DNA from: Pecten maximus
Lineage: Eukaryota
Direction of reading: 5' to 3'
Assembly (NCBI RefSeq): GCF_902652985.1
Contig: NC_047023.1
Coordinates: 41,416,001 to 41,480,000 of the forward strand
Length of the DNA: 64,000 nt
Positions 24,101-36,448 of this stretch are shown here, in pieces; positions within the stretch are counted from its first letter, which is position 1; each line of letters starts with the position of its first letter. The position numbers were made by a program, and so were the translations under genes. The notes under the pieces were generated by a model. It saw only the letters and a list, made by a program, of their open reading frames with translations, ran no database searches and had not been told where the DNA came from.

Positions 24101-25661
24101 ATCACTGGTCTATACCACAGTATCACTGGTCTATACCACAGTATCACTGACCTATACCACAGTATCACTGACCTATGCCACAGTATCACTGGTCTATACC
24201 ACAGTATCACAGATCTATACCACAGTATCACTGGTCTATACCACAGTATCAGACCTATACCACAGTATCACAGACCTATACCACAGTATCACAGACCTAT
24301 ACCACAGTATCACTGGTCTATACCACAGTATCACTGACCTATACCACAGTATCACAGACCTATACCACAGTATCACAGACCTATACCACAGTATCACTGA
24401 CCTATACCACAGTATCACTGACCTATACCACAGTATCACTGATCTATACCACAGTATCACTGATCCTATACCACAGTATCACTGATCTATACCACAGTAT
24501 CACTGACCTATACCACAGTATTACTGACCTATACCACAGTATCACTGACCTATACCACAGTATCACTGACCTATACCACAGTATCACAGACCTATACCAC
24601 AGTATCACTGACCTATACCACAGTATCACTGACCTATACCACAATATCACAGACCTATACCACAGTATCACTGGTCTATACCACAGTATCACTGACCTAT
24701 ACCACAGTATCACAGACCTATACCACAGTATCACTGACCTATACCACAGTATCACTGGTCTATACCACAGTATCACTGGTCTATACCACAGTATCACTGA
24801 CCTATACCACAGTATCACTGACCTATGCCACAGTATCACTGGTCTATACCACAGTATCACAGATCTATACCACAGTATCACTGGTCTATACCACAGTATC
24901 AGACCTATACCACAGTATCACAGACCTATACCACAGTATCACAGACCTATACCACAGTATCACTGGTCTATACCACAGTATCACTGACCTATACCACAGT
25001 ATCACAGACCTATACCACAGTATCACAGACCTATACCACAGTATCACTGACCTATACCACAGTATCAGACCTATACCACAGTATCACTGGTCTATACCAC
25101 AGTATCACTGACCTATACCACAGTATCACTGATCTATACCACAGTATCACTGGTCTTTACCACAGTATCACTGACCTATACCACAGTATCACAGACCTAT
25201 ACCACAGTATCACTGGTCTATACCACAGTTTCACTGACCTATACCACAGTATCACTGACCTATACCACAGTATCACAGACCTATACCACAGTATCACTGA
25301 CCTATACCACAGTATCACAGACCTATACCACAGTATCACAGACCTATACCACAGTATCACTGACCTATACCACAGTATCACTGGTCTATACCACAGTATC
25401 ACAGACCTATACCACAGTATCACAGACCTATACCACAGTATCACAGACCTATACCACAGTATCACAGACCTATACCACAGTATCACTGACCTATACCACA
25501 GTATCACTGACCTATACCACAGTATCACTGACCTATACCACAGTATCACTGACCTATACCACAGTATCACAGACCTATACCACAGTATCACTGGTCTATA
25601 CCACAGTATCACTGGTCTATACCACAGTATCACAGACCTATACCACAGTATCACTGACCTA
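21148..25661. repeat. 21-bp minisatellite, ~4.5 kb, in UGCG-like intron 6
   Basis: Unit CTATACCACAGTATCAC(TGAC/AGAC/TGGT); source of the YTTVSLT/ILWYRSV/LYHSITD pseudo-ORFs. Confidence 0.97.
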
Positions 25662-26203
25662 AATGATCTCTGTAAAACAGTTCTTTTGAAGAAAAAAAAT
25701 CCTTATTGAGGACTTTTTTTATAAGGTAGTGATTTAATGAGAATCATTGTTCAGGCCTATATTAATCATTGTTCAGGCCTATATTAATCATTGTTCAGGC
25801 CTATATTAATCATTGTTCAGGCCTATATTAATCATTGTTCAGGGCCTATATTAATCATGGTTCAGCTGACCTAAATGATCTCTGTAAAACAGTTCTTTTA
25901 AAGAAAAAAAATTTCTTATCGAGGACTTTTTTTTATAAGGTAGTGATTTAATGTTAATCATTGTTCAGGCCTATATTAATCATTGTTCAGGCCTATATTA
26001 ATCATTGTTCAGGCCTATATTAATCATTGTTCAGGCCTATATTAATCATTGTTCAGGCCTATATTAATCATTGTTCAGGCCTATATTAATCATTGTTCAG
26101 GCCTATATTAATCATTGTTCAGGCCTATATTAATCATTGTTCAGGCCTATGTTAATCATTGTTCAGGCCTATATTAATCATTGTTCAGGCCTATATTAAT
26201 CAT
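25656..26203. repeat. 22-bp minisatellite within a ~210-bp segmental duplication
   Basis: (ATTAATCATTGTTCAGGCCTAT)n in two blocks, each preceded by the same ~85-bp segment TGACCTAAATGATCTCTGTAAAACAG...GTGATTTAATG (at 25656 and 25867). Confidence 0.92.
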
Positions 26204-26248
26204 GTTTTGATCTTTGTTTCGTTAATTCCACTGAGTAAGGAGACTTAC

Positions 26249-26427
26249 TTTTCATGTAATGCTGAAGTAAGGAAGAAGTCTTCCGCGAGGTAGCGCCCGT
26301 ACCAGTTTAGCCCCTTTAGCTCATCTAGGAGGGATTTTTTAAACATGTATGACATTCCGGTACAACAACAGAGTCCCAGAGTGTTGAAGGCTGGGTAGAA
26401 CCTTGCCATGGCACACCCAAAGTAAAT
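26249..26427 (-). CDS. UGCG: UGCG-like coding exon 6
   Basis: TTTACAG acceptor, AA|GTAAGT donor; IYFGCAMARFYPAFNTLGLCCCTGMSYMFKKSLLDELKGLNWYGRYLAEDFFLTSALHE, containing the D3 motif AED. Confidence 0.94.
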
Positions 26428-26506
26428 CTGTAAAGGTCAAAAGGTCAAAATAGGAGTTTTGAATTGATATGTACAGGATTGACATGTAAAAAACATAAAC
26501 ATTATA

Positions 26507-26763
26507 CAGTCAAACTTCTATGATTCAAGCTTCATTGATTCAATTTTCTTGCTGTAGCAAACTGCTTGCTTGGTCCAAAATTTTCTCACTATATAACGCT
26601 ACTGTCAAACCTATGCATGATTTGAATGTTTACAAATAAAAGTATTCGATGTATCAAACTTTTTTCATGGACCGATAGCTATGATATTTTAGGCACTTGA
26701 CCTCTCATGATTTAAACAAATCTTTAACCTGTACTGACCACTAGAAACATCGAAGTTTGACTG
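26507..26763. mobile_element. Small pogo/Tigger-like MITE in UGCG-like intron 5
   Basis: TA|CAGTCAAACTTC ... GAAGTTTGACTG|TG: 12-bp TIRs beginning CAGT, with TA on the left and TG (possibly a decayed TA) on the right. Confidence 0.7.
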
Positions 26764-27163
26764 TGTATCTCACAAGAAATGTAAAACAAATCATACCAAC
26801 TTGTTCACTCTTATTGGCCCGGAACTCAAAACTTTTATTGCAAAAATCGTTGACGTGATTGAATCAGGGGCTTCAGGGTGATGTTATCGGTACTAAAACT
26901 TGTTGCTTGTCAACCAGAAAGATTTTTTTGAGATCCATCCCAAAAACCATGTATCATATTTAAGGAAAACCGACATCATTAATACATAGTTTTGTTACTA
27001 TGTGGCTATAAATACATTTGTATAAGCCAAAATTCACACGAGTGAATTGTTGAAAATACACAACGAAAAGAGGGACAAATTTTGGAGTTATATGAATTAG
27101 TTATATAAAATATATTAGAGGAGAAGGAGGAAGAAAATATCCTCAAGAGTAATTATGACCCAC

Positions 27164-27279
27164 CTTCTCCACGGTGGCAGCAAATCCACTGAGGTCTGTG
27201 GTAAAAGGCATCTGGTGAACGAGTGCTACACTTGGGTGTTGTAACTTGGACGCCATGTCAATAATAATATCTGTACTGG
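27164..27279 (-). CDS. UGCG: UGCG-like coding exon 5
   Basis: CTTTCAG acceptor, AAG|GTGGGT donor; (A)STDIIIDMASKLQHPSVALVHQMPFTTDLSGFAATVEK. Confidence 0.92.
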
Positions 27280-27289
27280 CTGAAAGCAT

Positions 27290-27700
27290 TTATAGATACA
27301 GTGGTAAAAGTTCTGTAAACAACAGGCCCAAAGGACCTGTACTGCATAGAAACAATGAAATACAGTGGTAAAGTTTTGTAAGCAAGAGGCCCAAAGGACC
27401 TGTACTGCATAGAAACAACGAAATACAGGAGAAAAGTTTAGTAAACAAGAGGTCAAAAGGACCTGTATTGCATAGAAACAATGTTATACATGTGGTAAAG
27501 TTTTGTAAACAAGAGGCCCAAAGGACATGTACCACATAGGGACAATGAAATAGTAGTAATTCGTTTGTAAACAAGAGTCCAAAGGACCTGTATCACATAG
27601 AAACAATGAAATACAGGGATAAAGTTTTGTAAACATGAGTCCCAAAGGAACTGTATTGCATAAAACAAATGAAATGCAGTAGTTAAAGTTTTGTAAACAG
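27290..27700. repeat. Degenerate ~63-bp tandem repeat (~6 units)
   Basis: Unit approximately AAATACAGTGGTAAAGTTTTGTAAACAAGAGGCCCAAAGGACCTGTACTGCATAGAAACAATG. Confidence 0.85.
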
Positions 27701-27936
27701 TAGTAACAGTTCCGTCAACAAGAAAACTATAGAAGGTCTATATGGGCTTAAAAGCAATGAAAAACATTAAAATTTACTACTACATGAGTCAATAATTCTT
27801 TGAAAAAATGCCAAATTATATCAATTATCAATTTATTTATCTAGAATCAAATGAAAATGCTTTTTGGGATTGTTTAATGGAAATTTAGAATCTCAATATA
27901 TCGTCTTACCAACAGAAGTGTATTAATGATAATTAC

Positions 27937-28038
27937 CTTTGATGCGACTGGTACTTATCCAAACACAGTCATACTTGGCATTGTCATAACCAGGGGCCAT
28001 GTTATACACCATGGGGTTCACAATGCCCTCCTTCCCAC
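27937..28038 (-). CDS. UGCG: UGCG-like coding exon 4
   Basis: TTTACACAG acceptor, AAG|GTAATT donor; (G)GKEGIVNPMVYNMAPGYDNAKYDCVWISTSRIK, aligning to [34 protein letters not shown]. Confidence 0.92.
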
Positions 28039-28894
28039 CTGTGTAAATATAGCAAATCAAATGTCTACAATTTTGCCCTCCTTCCCACCTATGTAAATAC
28101 ATGTATAGCAAATCAAATGTCTACAATTTAAGATCAGTAAGGTTTCTTAAAAGCCCTATAAGCACACCCTTTTTTCTGGAAAACAGAATGGGTGTGCTAA
28201 TTGAAACAAAAACAAATTCATTACCTCACTGATCAGCCAACAAAAATTCTAGATTGTTTAAGCTACTTAAAGGTATTAAATGAAAGAAAGTTATTATTTT
28301 CCCATCTAAGTCTCTTACAAGATATTTTCTGTACATGGTTTTAATGTACCCCTTTGTGTTATTTGGTCGAATACCGCACCTCAACAACACTTTATTGTGG
28401 TGTTGATTTCTGACTAAATATATGGTTTTATACGCAACAGGTAGTCCTGGAAATTATTCTGGTTTTGTTGGACTAGTCTTAAATCATTAACATATACATC
28501 CACAAATAAGCCCCTTCTTTATTTTACCAGAACCATCATGTATTTAACATATAAATCCACAAAATATGATTTACAAATAAACCCTCCTCAAACCTTAATA
28601 CAAACCTTTTATGTTAGAGGAAGGGGTTTATTTTCAGGATAAATACGGTATGTGTCGCAATGATGCAGTACTGCATGGGTACCTACATTACATTTACAAA
28701 CAATAGTTTGATGTTATTTGTATTTAATGACCAAATCTTCATGAATGTAGCTCTGGATGTCATTCATGTTTTGTTGATTCTTGATAATATGGAATTTGGA
28801 CATTTTTAAACAAGACATATTATGATAAATTACATGGTTCCCTCTACTCTATACTAATACAGCTGTTAATCCAACAACATGGAATAGACTTTAC

Positions 28895-28997
28895 CAGTAA
28901 ATATTGTTGTGTCCACGAGAGGATATTTTTCTCTAAGTCGCTGAACAAGATTTATGGCAGGATCTTGATCATCGGGAAAGCAAAAGAGCAGTTCAAA
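28895..28997 (-). CDS. UGCG: UGCG-like coding exon 3
   Basis: CTTTCCAG acceptor, TG|GTAAAG donor; FELLFCFPDDQDPAINLVQRLREKYPLVDTTIFT, containing the D1 motif. Confidence 0.93.
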
Positions 28998-29940
28998 CTG
29001 GAAAGATAAAACAAATACACATCTGTTATTTGATTAATTTGTTAATGTTTATTTTGATGATTAAACCAAAGAATTTATCTTAACAAAAAACCATGGAACT
29101 ATTAGCAAGTTAATTTTTATTTTTTTAAAGAAACCTTTTTCTTTTTCTGATAAACATAAATTGAATGTCTCATATATACATTAAAGATCACAAACCTTTA
29201 ATACTATATATTGATACCTAGGAGACTGATTACAAACCAAATCAATAATATTACAAACAATATAGGTATAACTGATGCATATTGGTGGTAAATAGCATGC
29301 ATTTAATAGTACACATTCAAATCTGAAATTATTACCATTAACAAAGAAAAGATTTGATGGAGTACTTAATCGTTTATAACTTTGATCAGATCGATCAACT
29401 TGATACACCTGTCCTGGTCACAATGCTATTGATTACACACAGTGCAGTCGTATTGGACCAACAAACATTTAGCAGACTCCGATCACTGGTGACTTTACGG
29501 AAATGTTGAGACGTTTAAATCGAAATCAATACCCTAGCTAAGAATAAAATATAAACGACAATGAGTTGGGGAAAATATTGTACACTCATGTGTACAAAAC
29601 TGTATACAACTTATAACAACACTTTCTATGATTGGAATGCATGTGGACAGAGTTAAAGGGCTGTTTGTAGGCATCTGTCGCTGTTTCTATTCCAAGCTAA
29701 CGGCTGCTCTCGAGAGTGAAAGCCTGTCCTACATTACTATGAATCACAACACAAACACGTTCAATATTTATAAACCAATACTACAATATTGATCTATAAT
29801 TGGATCCTGCCATTGATGTAGGTCCCAGTCAGAGGTCAGGGGTCAGACTGGATCAATGGAGAATTCATTATAGGATAGATGGTAGTTTATATAGATTCAT
29901 GCAGCAGCTGTTAGGTTGAACAACTATAGAAGTAACCGAG

Positions 29941-32900
29941 TGTCAAACACGGCCGCCCTGAAGTAAGGGTCAAACACTGAACCCTCCCTGAAATTAGGGT
30001 AAACACAGAACCCACCCTGAAATAAAGGTCAAACACAGAACCTGCCCTGAAACAAGAGGCCCATGGGCCTTAACGGTCATCTGACAAACACTTACACTCA
30101 CAGCAGGGACACACACCCCAATCCAGCATTATTACCATAAATTATTTATCGCAGCCAGTTATGTTTTAGATCAAATTTGGTTTTTATCCATTTAGCTTGT
30201 CCAGGAAGAGCAGCATCATAAAGCAAAATTTTAGCCAAGTTCCCATTTTTGGGGCATGCCCCTCTGTCCCAATGGGTCAGACAAGACTCATTTATATCAA
30301 TTAGGATTGCCTTTCCCCAATGATGTTTCATACTAAATATGGTTGTAATCAATTCAGGCATTAAGGAGGAATTGCATTTTTAAGAAATGTTTAACCTAAG
30401 CGCTCCTTTTGCCCCATCTTTTTTTCCCCAGGGGTCAAACCTGTCTCATTAAAAAATATGATTGCCGTCACCTTATGTTTCACATCAAATTTGGTTGTAA
30501 TCCACCAAAAGGTTAGGGAGGATTAGGATTTAACAGCAAATATTCACCAAAGTTCCCCATTTGGGGCCCTGCCCCTCAGGCCCCAGGGGTCACACTAGCC
30601 TCGTTTATATAAAATATGACCATCCTTCCCAAAGGATGTTTCACACCATATTTCGTATTAATCCACCCAACGGTTAGAGAGAAGTAGGATTTAAAGCAAA
30701 AATTCACCAAAGTTCCCCTTTTGGGGCCCCGCCCCTCTGGCCCTAGGGGTCAAACCAGCCTCATTTATATAAAATATGATTGTCCTCCTCCAATGATGTT
30801 TCACACCAAATTTGGTAATAATTCACTATGGGTGTTAGGAGGAGTAGGATTTTACAGCAAAATTTCATCAAAGTTCCCCTTTTGGGGCCCCGCCCCTCTG
30901 GCCCCAGGGGCCACACCAGCCTCATTTATATAAAATATGACCACCCTCCACCAATGATGTTTCACACAATATCTGGTTGAAATCCACCAAAGGGTTAAGG
31001 ACGAGTAGGATTTTATAGCAAAATTTCATCAAAGTTCCCTTTTTTGGGCCCGTCACTCTGGCCCCAGGGCTCACACCAGCCTCATTTATATAAAATATGA
31101 CCACCCTCCCCCAATGATGTTTCACAACATATCTGGTTGAAATCTACTAAAGGGTTAAGGAGGAGTAGGATTTTATAGCAAAATTTCATCAAAGTTCCCC
31201 ATTTGGGGCCCCACCCCTCAGGCCCCAGGGGTCACACTAGCCTCATTTATATAAAATATGACCGCCCTCCCCAAATGATGTTTCACAACATATCTGGTTG
31301 AAATCCACTAAAGGGTTAAGGAGGAGTAGGATTTTATAGCAAAATTTCATCAAAGTTCCCCATTTGGGGCCCCGCCCCTCAGGCCCTAGTGGTCACACCA
31401 GCCTCATTTATATAAAATATGACCGCCCTCCCCAAATGATGTTTCACAACATATCTGGTTGAAATCCACAAAAGGGTTAAGGAGGAGTAGGATTTTATAG
31501 CAAAATTTCATCAAAGTTCCCCTTTTGGGGCCCCGCCCCTCAGGCCCCAGGGGTCACACCAACTTCATTTATATAAAATATGACCGCCCTCCCCCAATGA
31601 TGTTTCACACCAAATTTAGTTGTACTCCACCTAAGGGTAAAGGAGGAGTAGGATTTTATAGCAATATTCACCTAAGTTCCCTTTTTGGGGCCCCGCCCTT
31701 CTGGCCCCAGGGGTCAGACCAGCCTCATTTATATAAAATAGGATTGCCCTCCCCCAATGATGCTTCAAACCAAATTTGGAAGTAATCCACCCAAGCGTTA
31801 AGGAGGAGTAGCGTTTTGAAAGAAAAAGTTTACGGACGGCGCACGGCGCACGGCGCACGACGACAGACGAAGCACGATGACTATAGGTCATCCTGACCCT
31901 TTGGGTCAGATGACCTAATAAAGGTCAAACACAGAACCCTCCCTGAAGTAAGGGTCAAACACAGAACCCTCCCTGAAGTAAGGGTGAACACAGAACCCTC
32001 CCTGAAATAAAGGTCAAACACAGAACCCGCCCTGAAATAAGGGTCAAACACAGAACCCGCCTGAAGTAAGGGTCAAACACAGAACCCTCCCTGAAATAAG
32101 GGTCAAACACAGAACCCACCTGAAATAAGGGTCAAACACAGAACCTTCCCTGAAATTAGGGTCAAACACAGAACTCAATATAGAGTCAGGATCTAACACA
32201 GAACTCACCCTTGAGTCAGGGTCAAACACAGAACTCAATATAGAGTCAGGATCAAACACAGAACTCGATAAAGAGCAAGGATCTAACATAGAACTCAATA
32301 TAGAGTCAGGATCTAACACAGAACTCACCCTTGAGTCAGGGTCAAACACAGAACTCAATATAGAGTCAGGATCTAACACAGAACTCAATATAGAGCAAGG
32401 ATCAAACACAGAACTCAATATAGAGTCAGGGTCATACACAGAACTCAATATAGAGTCAGGATCAAACACAGAACTCAATATAGAGTCAGGATCAAACACA
32501 GAACTCAATATAGAGTCATGATCAAACACAAAACTCAATATAGAGCAAGGATCTAACACAGAACTCAATATAGAGTCAGGATCTAACAGAACTCAATATA
32601 GAGCAAGGATCAAACACAGAAGTCAATATAGAGTCAGGATCTAACAGAACTCAATATAGAGCAAGGATCTAACACAGAACTCAATATAGAGTCAGGATCT
32701 AACAGAACTCAATATAGAGCAAGGATCAAACACAGAAGTCAATATAGAGTCAGGATCTAACAGAACTCAATATAGAGCAAGGATCTAACACAGAACTCAA
32801 TATAGAGTCAGGATCAAACACAAAACTCAATATAGAGCAAGGATCTAACAGAACTCAATATAGAGTCAGGATCTAACACAGAACTCAATATAGAGTCAGG

Positions 32901-35520
32901 ATCTAACACAGAACTCAATATAGAGTCAGGATCTAACAGAACTCAATATAGAGCAAGGATCTAACACAGAACTCAATATAGAACCAGGATCTAACACAGA
33001 ACTCAATATAGAGTCAGGATCTAACACAGAACTCAATATAGAGTCAGGATCTAACACAGAACTCAATATAGAGCAAGGATCTAACAGAACTCGATATAGA
33101 GCAAGGATCTAACAGAACTCAATATAGAGTCAGGATCTAACACAGAACTCAATATAGAGCAAGGATCTAACAGAACTCAATATAGAGCAAGGATCTAACA
33201 CAGAACTCAATATAGAACCAGGATCTAACACAGAACTCAATATAGAGTCAGGATCTAACACAGAACTCAATATAGAACCAGGATCTAACACAGAACTCAA
33301 TATAGAGCAAGGATCTAACACAGAACTCAATATAGAACCAGGATCTAACACAGAACTCAATATAGAGTCAGGATCTAACAGAACTCAATATAGAGCAAGG
33401 ATCAAACACAGCTCAATATAGAGCAAGGATCAAACACAGAACTCAATATAGAGCAAGGATCTAACAGAACTCAATATAGAGCAAGGATCTAACACAGAAC
33501 TCAATATAGAGTCAGGATCAAACACAGAACTCAATATAGAGTCAGGATCAAACACATAACTCAATATAGAGCAAGGATCAAACACAGCTCAATATAGAGC
33601 AAGGATCAAACACAGAAGTCAATATAGAGTCAGGATCTAACATAGAACTCAATATAGAGTCAGGATCTAACACAGAACTCAATATAGAGTCAGGATCTAA
33701 CATAGAACTCAATATAGAGTCAGGATCTAACACAGAACTCAATATAGAGTCAGGATCTAACACAGAACTCAATATAGAGTCAGGATCTAACACAGAACTC
33801 AATATAGAGTCAGGATCTAACACAGAACTCAATATAGAGTCAGGATCTAACACAGAACTCAATATAGAGTCAGGATCTAACACAGAACTCAATATAGAGT
33901 CAGGATCTAACACAGAACTCAATATAGAGTCAGGATCAAACACAGCTCAATATAGAGCAAGGATCAAACACAGCTCAATATAGAGCAAGGATCAAACACA
34001 GAAGTCAATATAGAGCAAGGATCAAACACAGAACTCAATATAGAGTCAGGATCAAACACAGAACTCAATATAGAGTCATGATCAAACACAGAACTCAATA
34101 TAGAGCAAGGATCTAACACAGAATTCAATATAGAGTCAGGATCTAACATAGAACTCAATATACAGTCAGGGTCATACACAGAACTCAATGTAGAGTCAGG
34201 ATCAAACACAGAACTCAATATAGAGTCAGGATCAAACACAGAAGTCAATATAGAGCCAGGATCTAACACAGAACTCAATATAGAGCAAGGATCAAACACA
34301 GAAGTCAATATAGAGTCAGGATCAAACACAGAACTCAATATAGAGTCATGATCAAACATAGAACTCAATATAGAGTCAGGATCAAACACAGAAGTCAATA
34401 TAGAGTCAGGATCTAACACAGAACTCAATATAGAGTCAGGATCAAACACAGAACTCAATATAGAGTCAGGATCAAACACAGAACTCAATATAGAGCAAGG
34501 ATCTAACACAGAACTCAATATAGAGCAAGGATCAAACACAGAACTCAATATAGAGTCAGGATCAAACACAGAACTCAATATAGAGTCATGATCAAACACA
34601 GAACTCAATATAGAGTCAGGATCTAACACAGAAGTCAATATAGAGTCATGATCAAACACAGAACTCAATATAGAGCAAGGATCTAACACAGAACTCAATA
34701 TAGAGTCAGGATCAAACACAGAACTCAATATAGAGTCAGGATCTAACACAGAACTCACTGTTGAGTCAGGATCTAACACAGAACTCAATATAGAGCAAGG
34801 ATCTAACACAGAACTCAATATAGAGTCAGGATCTAACACAGAACTCACTGTTGAGTCAGGATCTAACACAGAACTCAATATAGAGCAAGGATCTAACACA
34901 GAACTCAATATAGAGTCAGGATCAAACACAGAAGTCAATATAGAGTCATGATCTAACACAGAACTCAATATAGAGTCAGGATCTAACACAGAACTCAATA
35001 TAGAGTCAGGATCAAACAAAGAACTCAATATAGAGCAAGGATCTAACACAGAACTCAATATAGAGTCAGGATCTAACGTAGAACTCACTCTTGAGTCAGA
35101 ATCTAACACAGAACTCACCCTTGAGTCAGGGTCAAACACATAACTCAATATAGAGCCAGGATCAAACAAAGAACTCAATATAGAGCAAGGATCTAACACA
35201 GAACTCAATATAGAGTCAGGATCAAACACAGAAGTCAATATAGAGTCAGGATCTAACACAGAACTCACCCTTGAGTCAGGATCAAACACAGAACTCAATA
35301 TAGAGCCAGGATCAAACAAAGAACTCAATATAGAGCAAGGATCTAACACAGAACTCAATATAGAGTCAGGATCTAACGTAGAACTCACTCTTGAGTCAGA
35401 ATCTAACACAGAACTCACCCTTGAGTCAGGGTCAAACACATAACTCAACATTGAGTCAGGGTCAAGCACAGAACTCACTATGGAGCTAAGGTCATATATG
35501 GAACCCTCTCTGGAGCCAGG
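29941..35520. repeat. 30-bp minisatellite interrupted by a HINE (30052-31917)
   Basis: The unit changes from GGTCAAACACAGAACCCTCCCTGAAATAAG at the left edge to GATCWAACACAGAACTCAATATAGAGTCAG in the bulk; 28-bp deletion variants occur at 32580-33600. Confidence 0.95.
30052..31917 (-). mobile_element. Full-length Helentron-associated non-autonomous element (HINE) with ~10 x ~160-bp internal repeats
   Basis: On the minus strand, in order: subTIR AGGTCATCTGAC plus adjacent inverted copy; (CGTGCGC/CGTC) microsatellite; ~160-bp tandem array; subTIR TCAGATGACC; 3' hairpin AGGCCCATGGGCCT; CTTGT. The flanks rejoin to an intact minisatellite unit CCCTGAA|ATAAAGGTC (TT target on minus, no TSD). Confidence 0.9.
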
Positions 35521-35535
35521 TTCAAGATTCCCAGA

Positions 35536-35900
35536 GGAAAGAATATCAGTCTCTAAATATAGGTCTCCCCAAGGAGAGAATATCAGTCTCTAAATATAGG
35601 ACTCCCCAAGGAGAGAATATCAGTCTCTAAATATAGGACTCCCCAAGGAGAGAATATCAGTCTCTAAATATAGGACTCCCCAAGGAGAGTATATATCAGT
35701 CTCTAAATATAGGACTCCCCAAGGAGAGAATATCAGTCTCTAAATATAGGACTTCCCGAGGAAAGAATATCAGTCTCTAAATATAGGACTCCCCGAGGAG
35801 AGAATATCGTCTCTAAATATAGGACTCCCCAAGGAGAGAATATCAGTCTCTAAATATAGGACTCCCCAAGGAGAGAATATCAGTCTCTAAATATAGAACT
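35536..35900. repeat. 37-bp minisatellite (~10 units)
   Basis: Unit AAGGAGAGAATATCAGTCTCTAAATATAGGACTCCCC. Confidence 0.93.
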
Positions 35901-35945
35901 CTGAGACAGAATCTTCTATATTGAGAGGAAGTCTTCCTTGAATAC

Positions 35946-36087
35946 CTTTGGGTATTGCATCCTAAAATGACTTTCCAGGTTTTCTTCCAAAAGTGGATCA
36001 AGTCCCATGAGAGGTTTGATGATGGATACTCCAGGATAGCTGTCTGTTGACAGGAAACTGTCAGATTTCTTATAAAACAAGATCCGC
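35946..36087 (-). CDS. UGCG: UGCG-like coding exon 2
   Basis: CTTTGCAG acceptor, AAG|GTATTC donor; (T)RILFYKKSDSFLSTDSYPGVSIIKPLMGLDPLLEENLESHFRMQYPK. Confidence 0.93.
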
Positions 36088-36448
36088 CTGCAAAGAAAGA
36101 AATAATTTTTTTATTTTAGTAACTAATAGGAAATCATATTCATCTGGATCTCAAAAGCGAGTATTTATATATCAATATTTCTAATGATTTGTATTTATTT
36201 AAAAAGAAATCTTCAGATAAAACCCATTTAAGTGCTCTTTAGGCTGAGACTGACAACATTCTGCTGGATTATGATTGGATTATAGCATTTCTGTATGCTT
36301 GGTATTGTTTCCACAAGAAGATTGTACCAATTCACTATTATACTAATCTATTTAATTGAAGCTTTGTGTTAAACATTGTGCATGCTAAAATAAGTATTAA
36401 TGGCGTGACCACTTAACAACTTAGAGCTCTGGAAACACTTTTAAAAGA

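Noticed and set aside
21111-25709. Long ORFs (up to 517 aa) of YTTVSLT/LYHSITD/ILWYRSV repeats
   Set aside because: Translations of a 21-bp intronic minisatellite, open in several frames on both strands with frameshifting unit variants.
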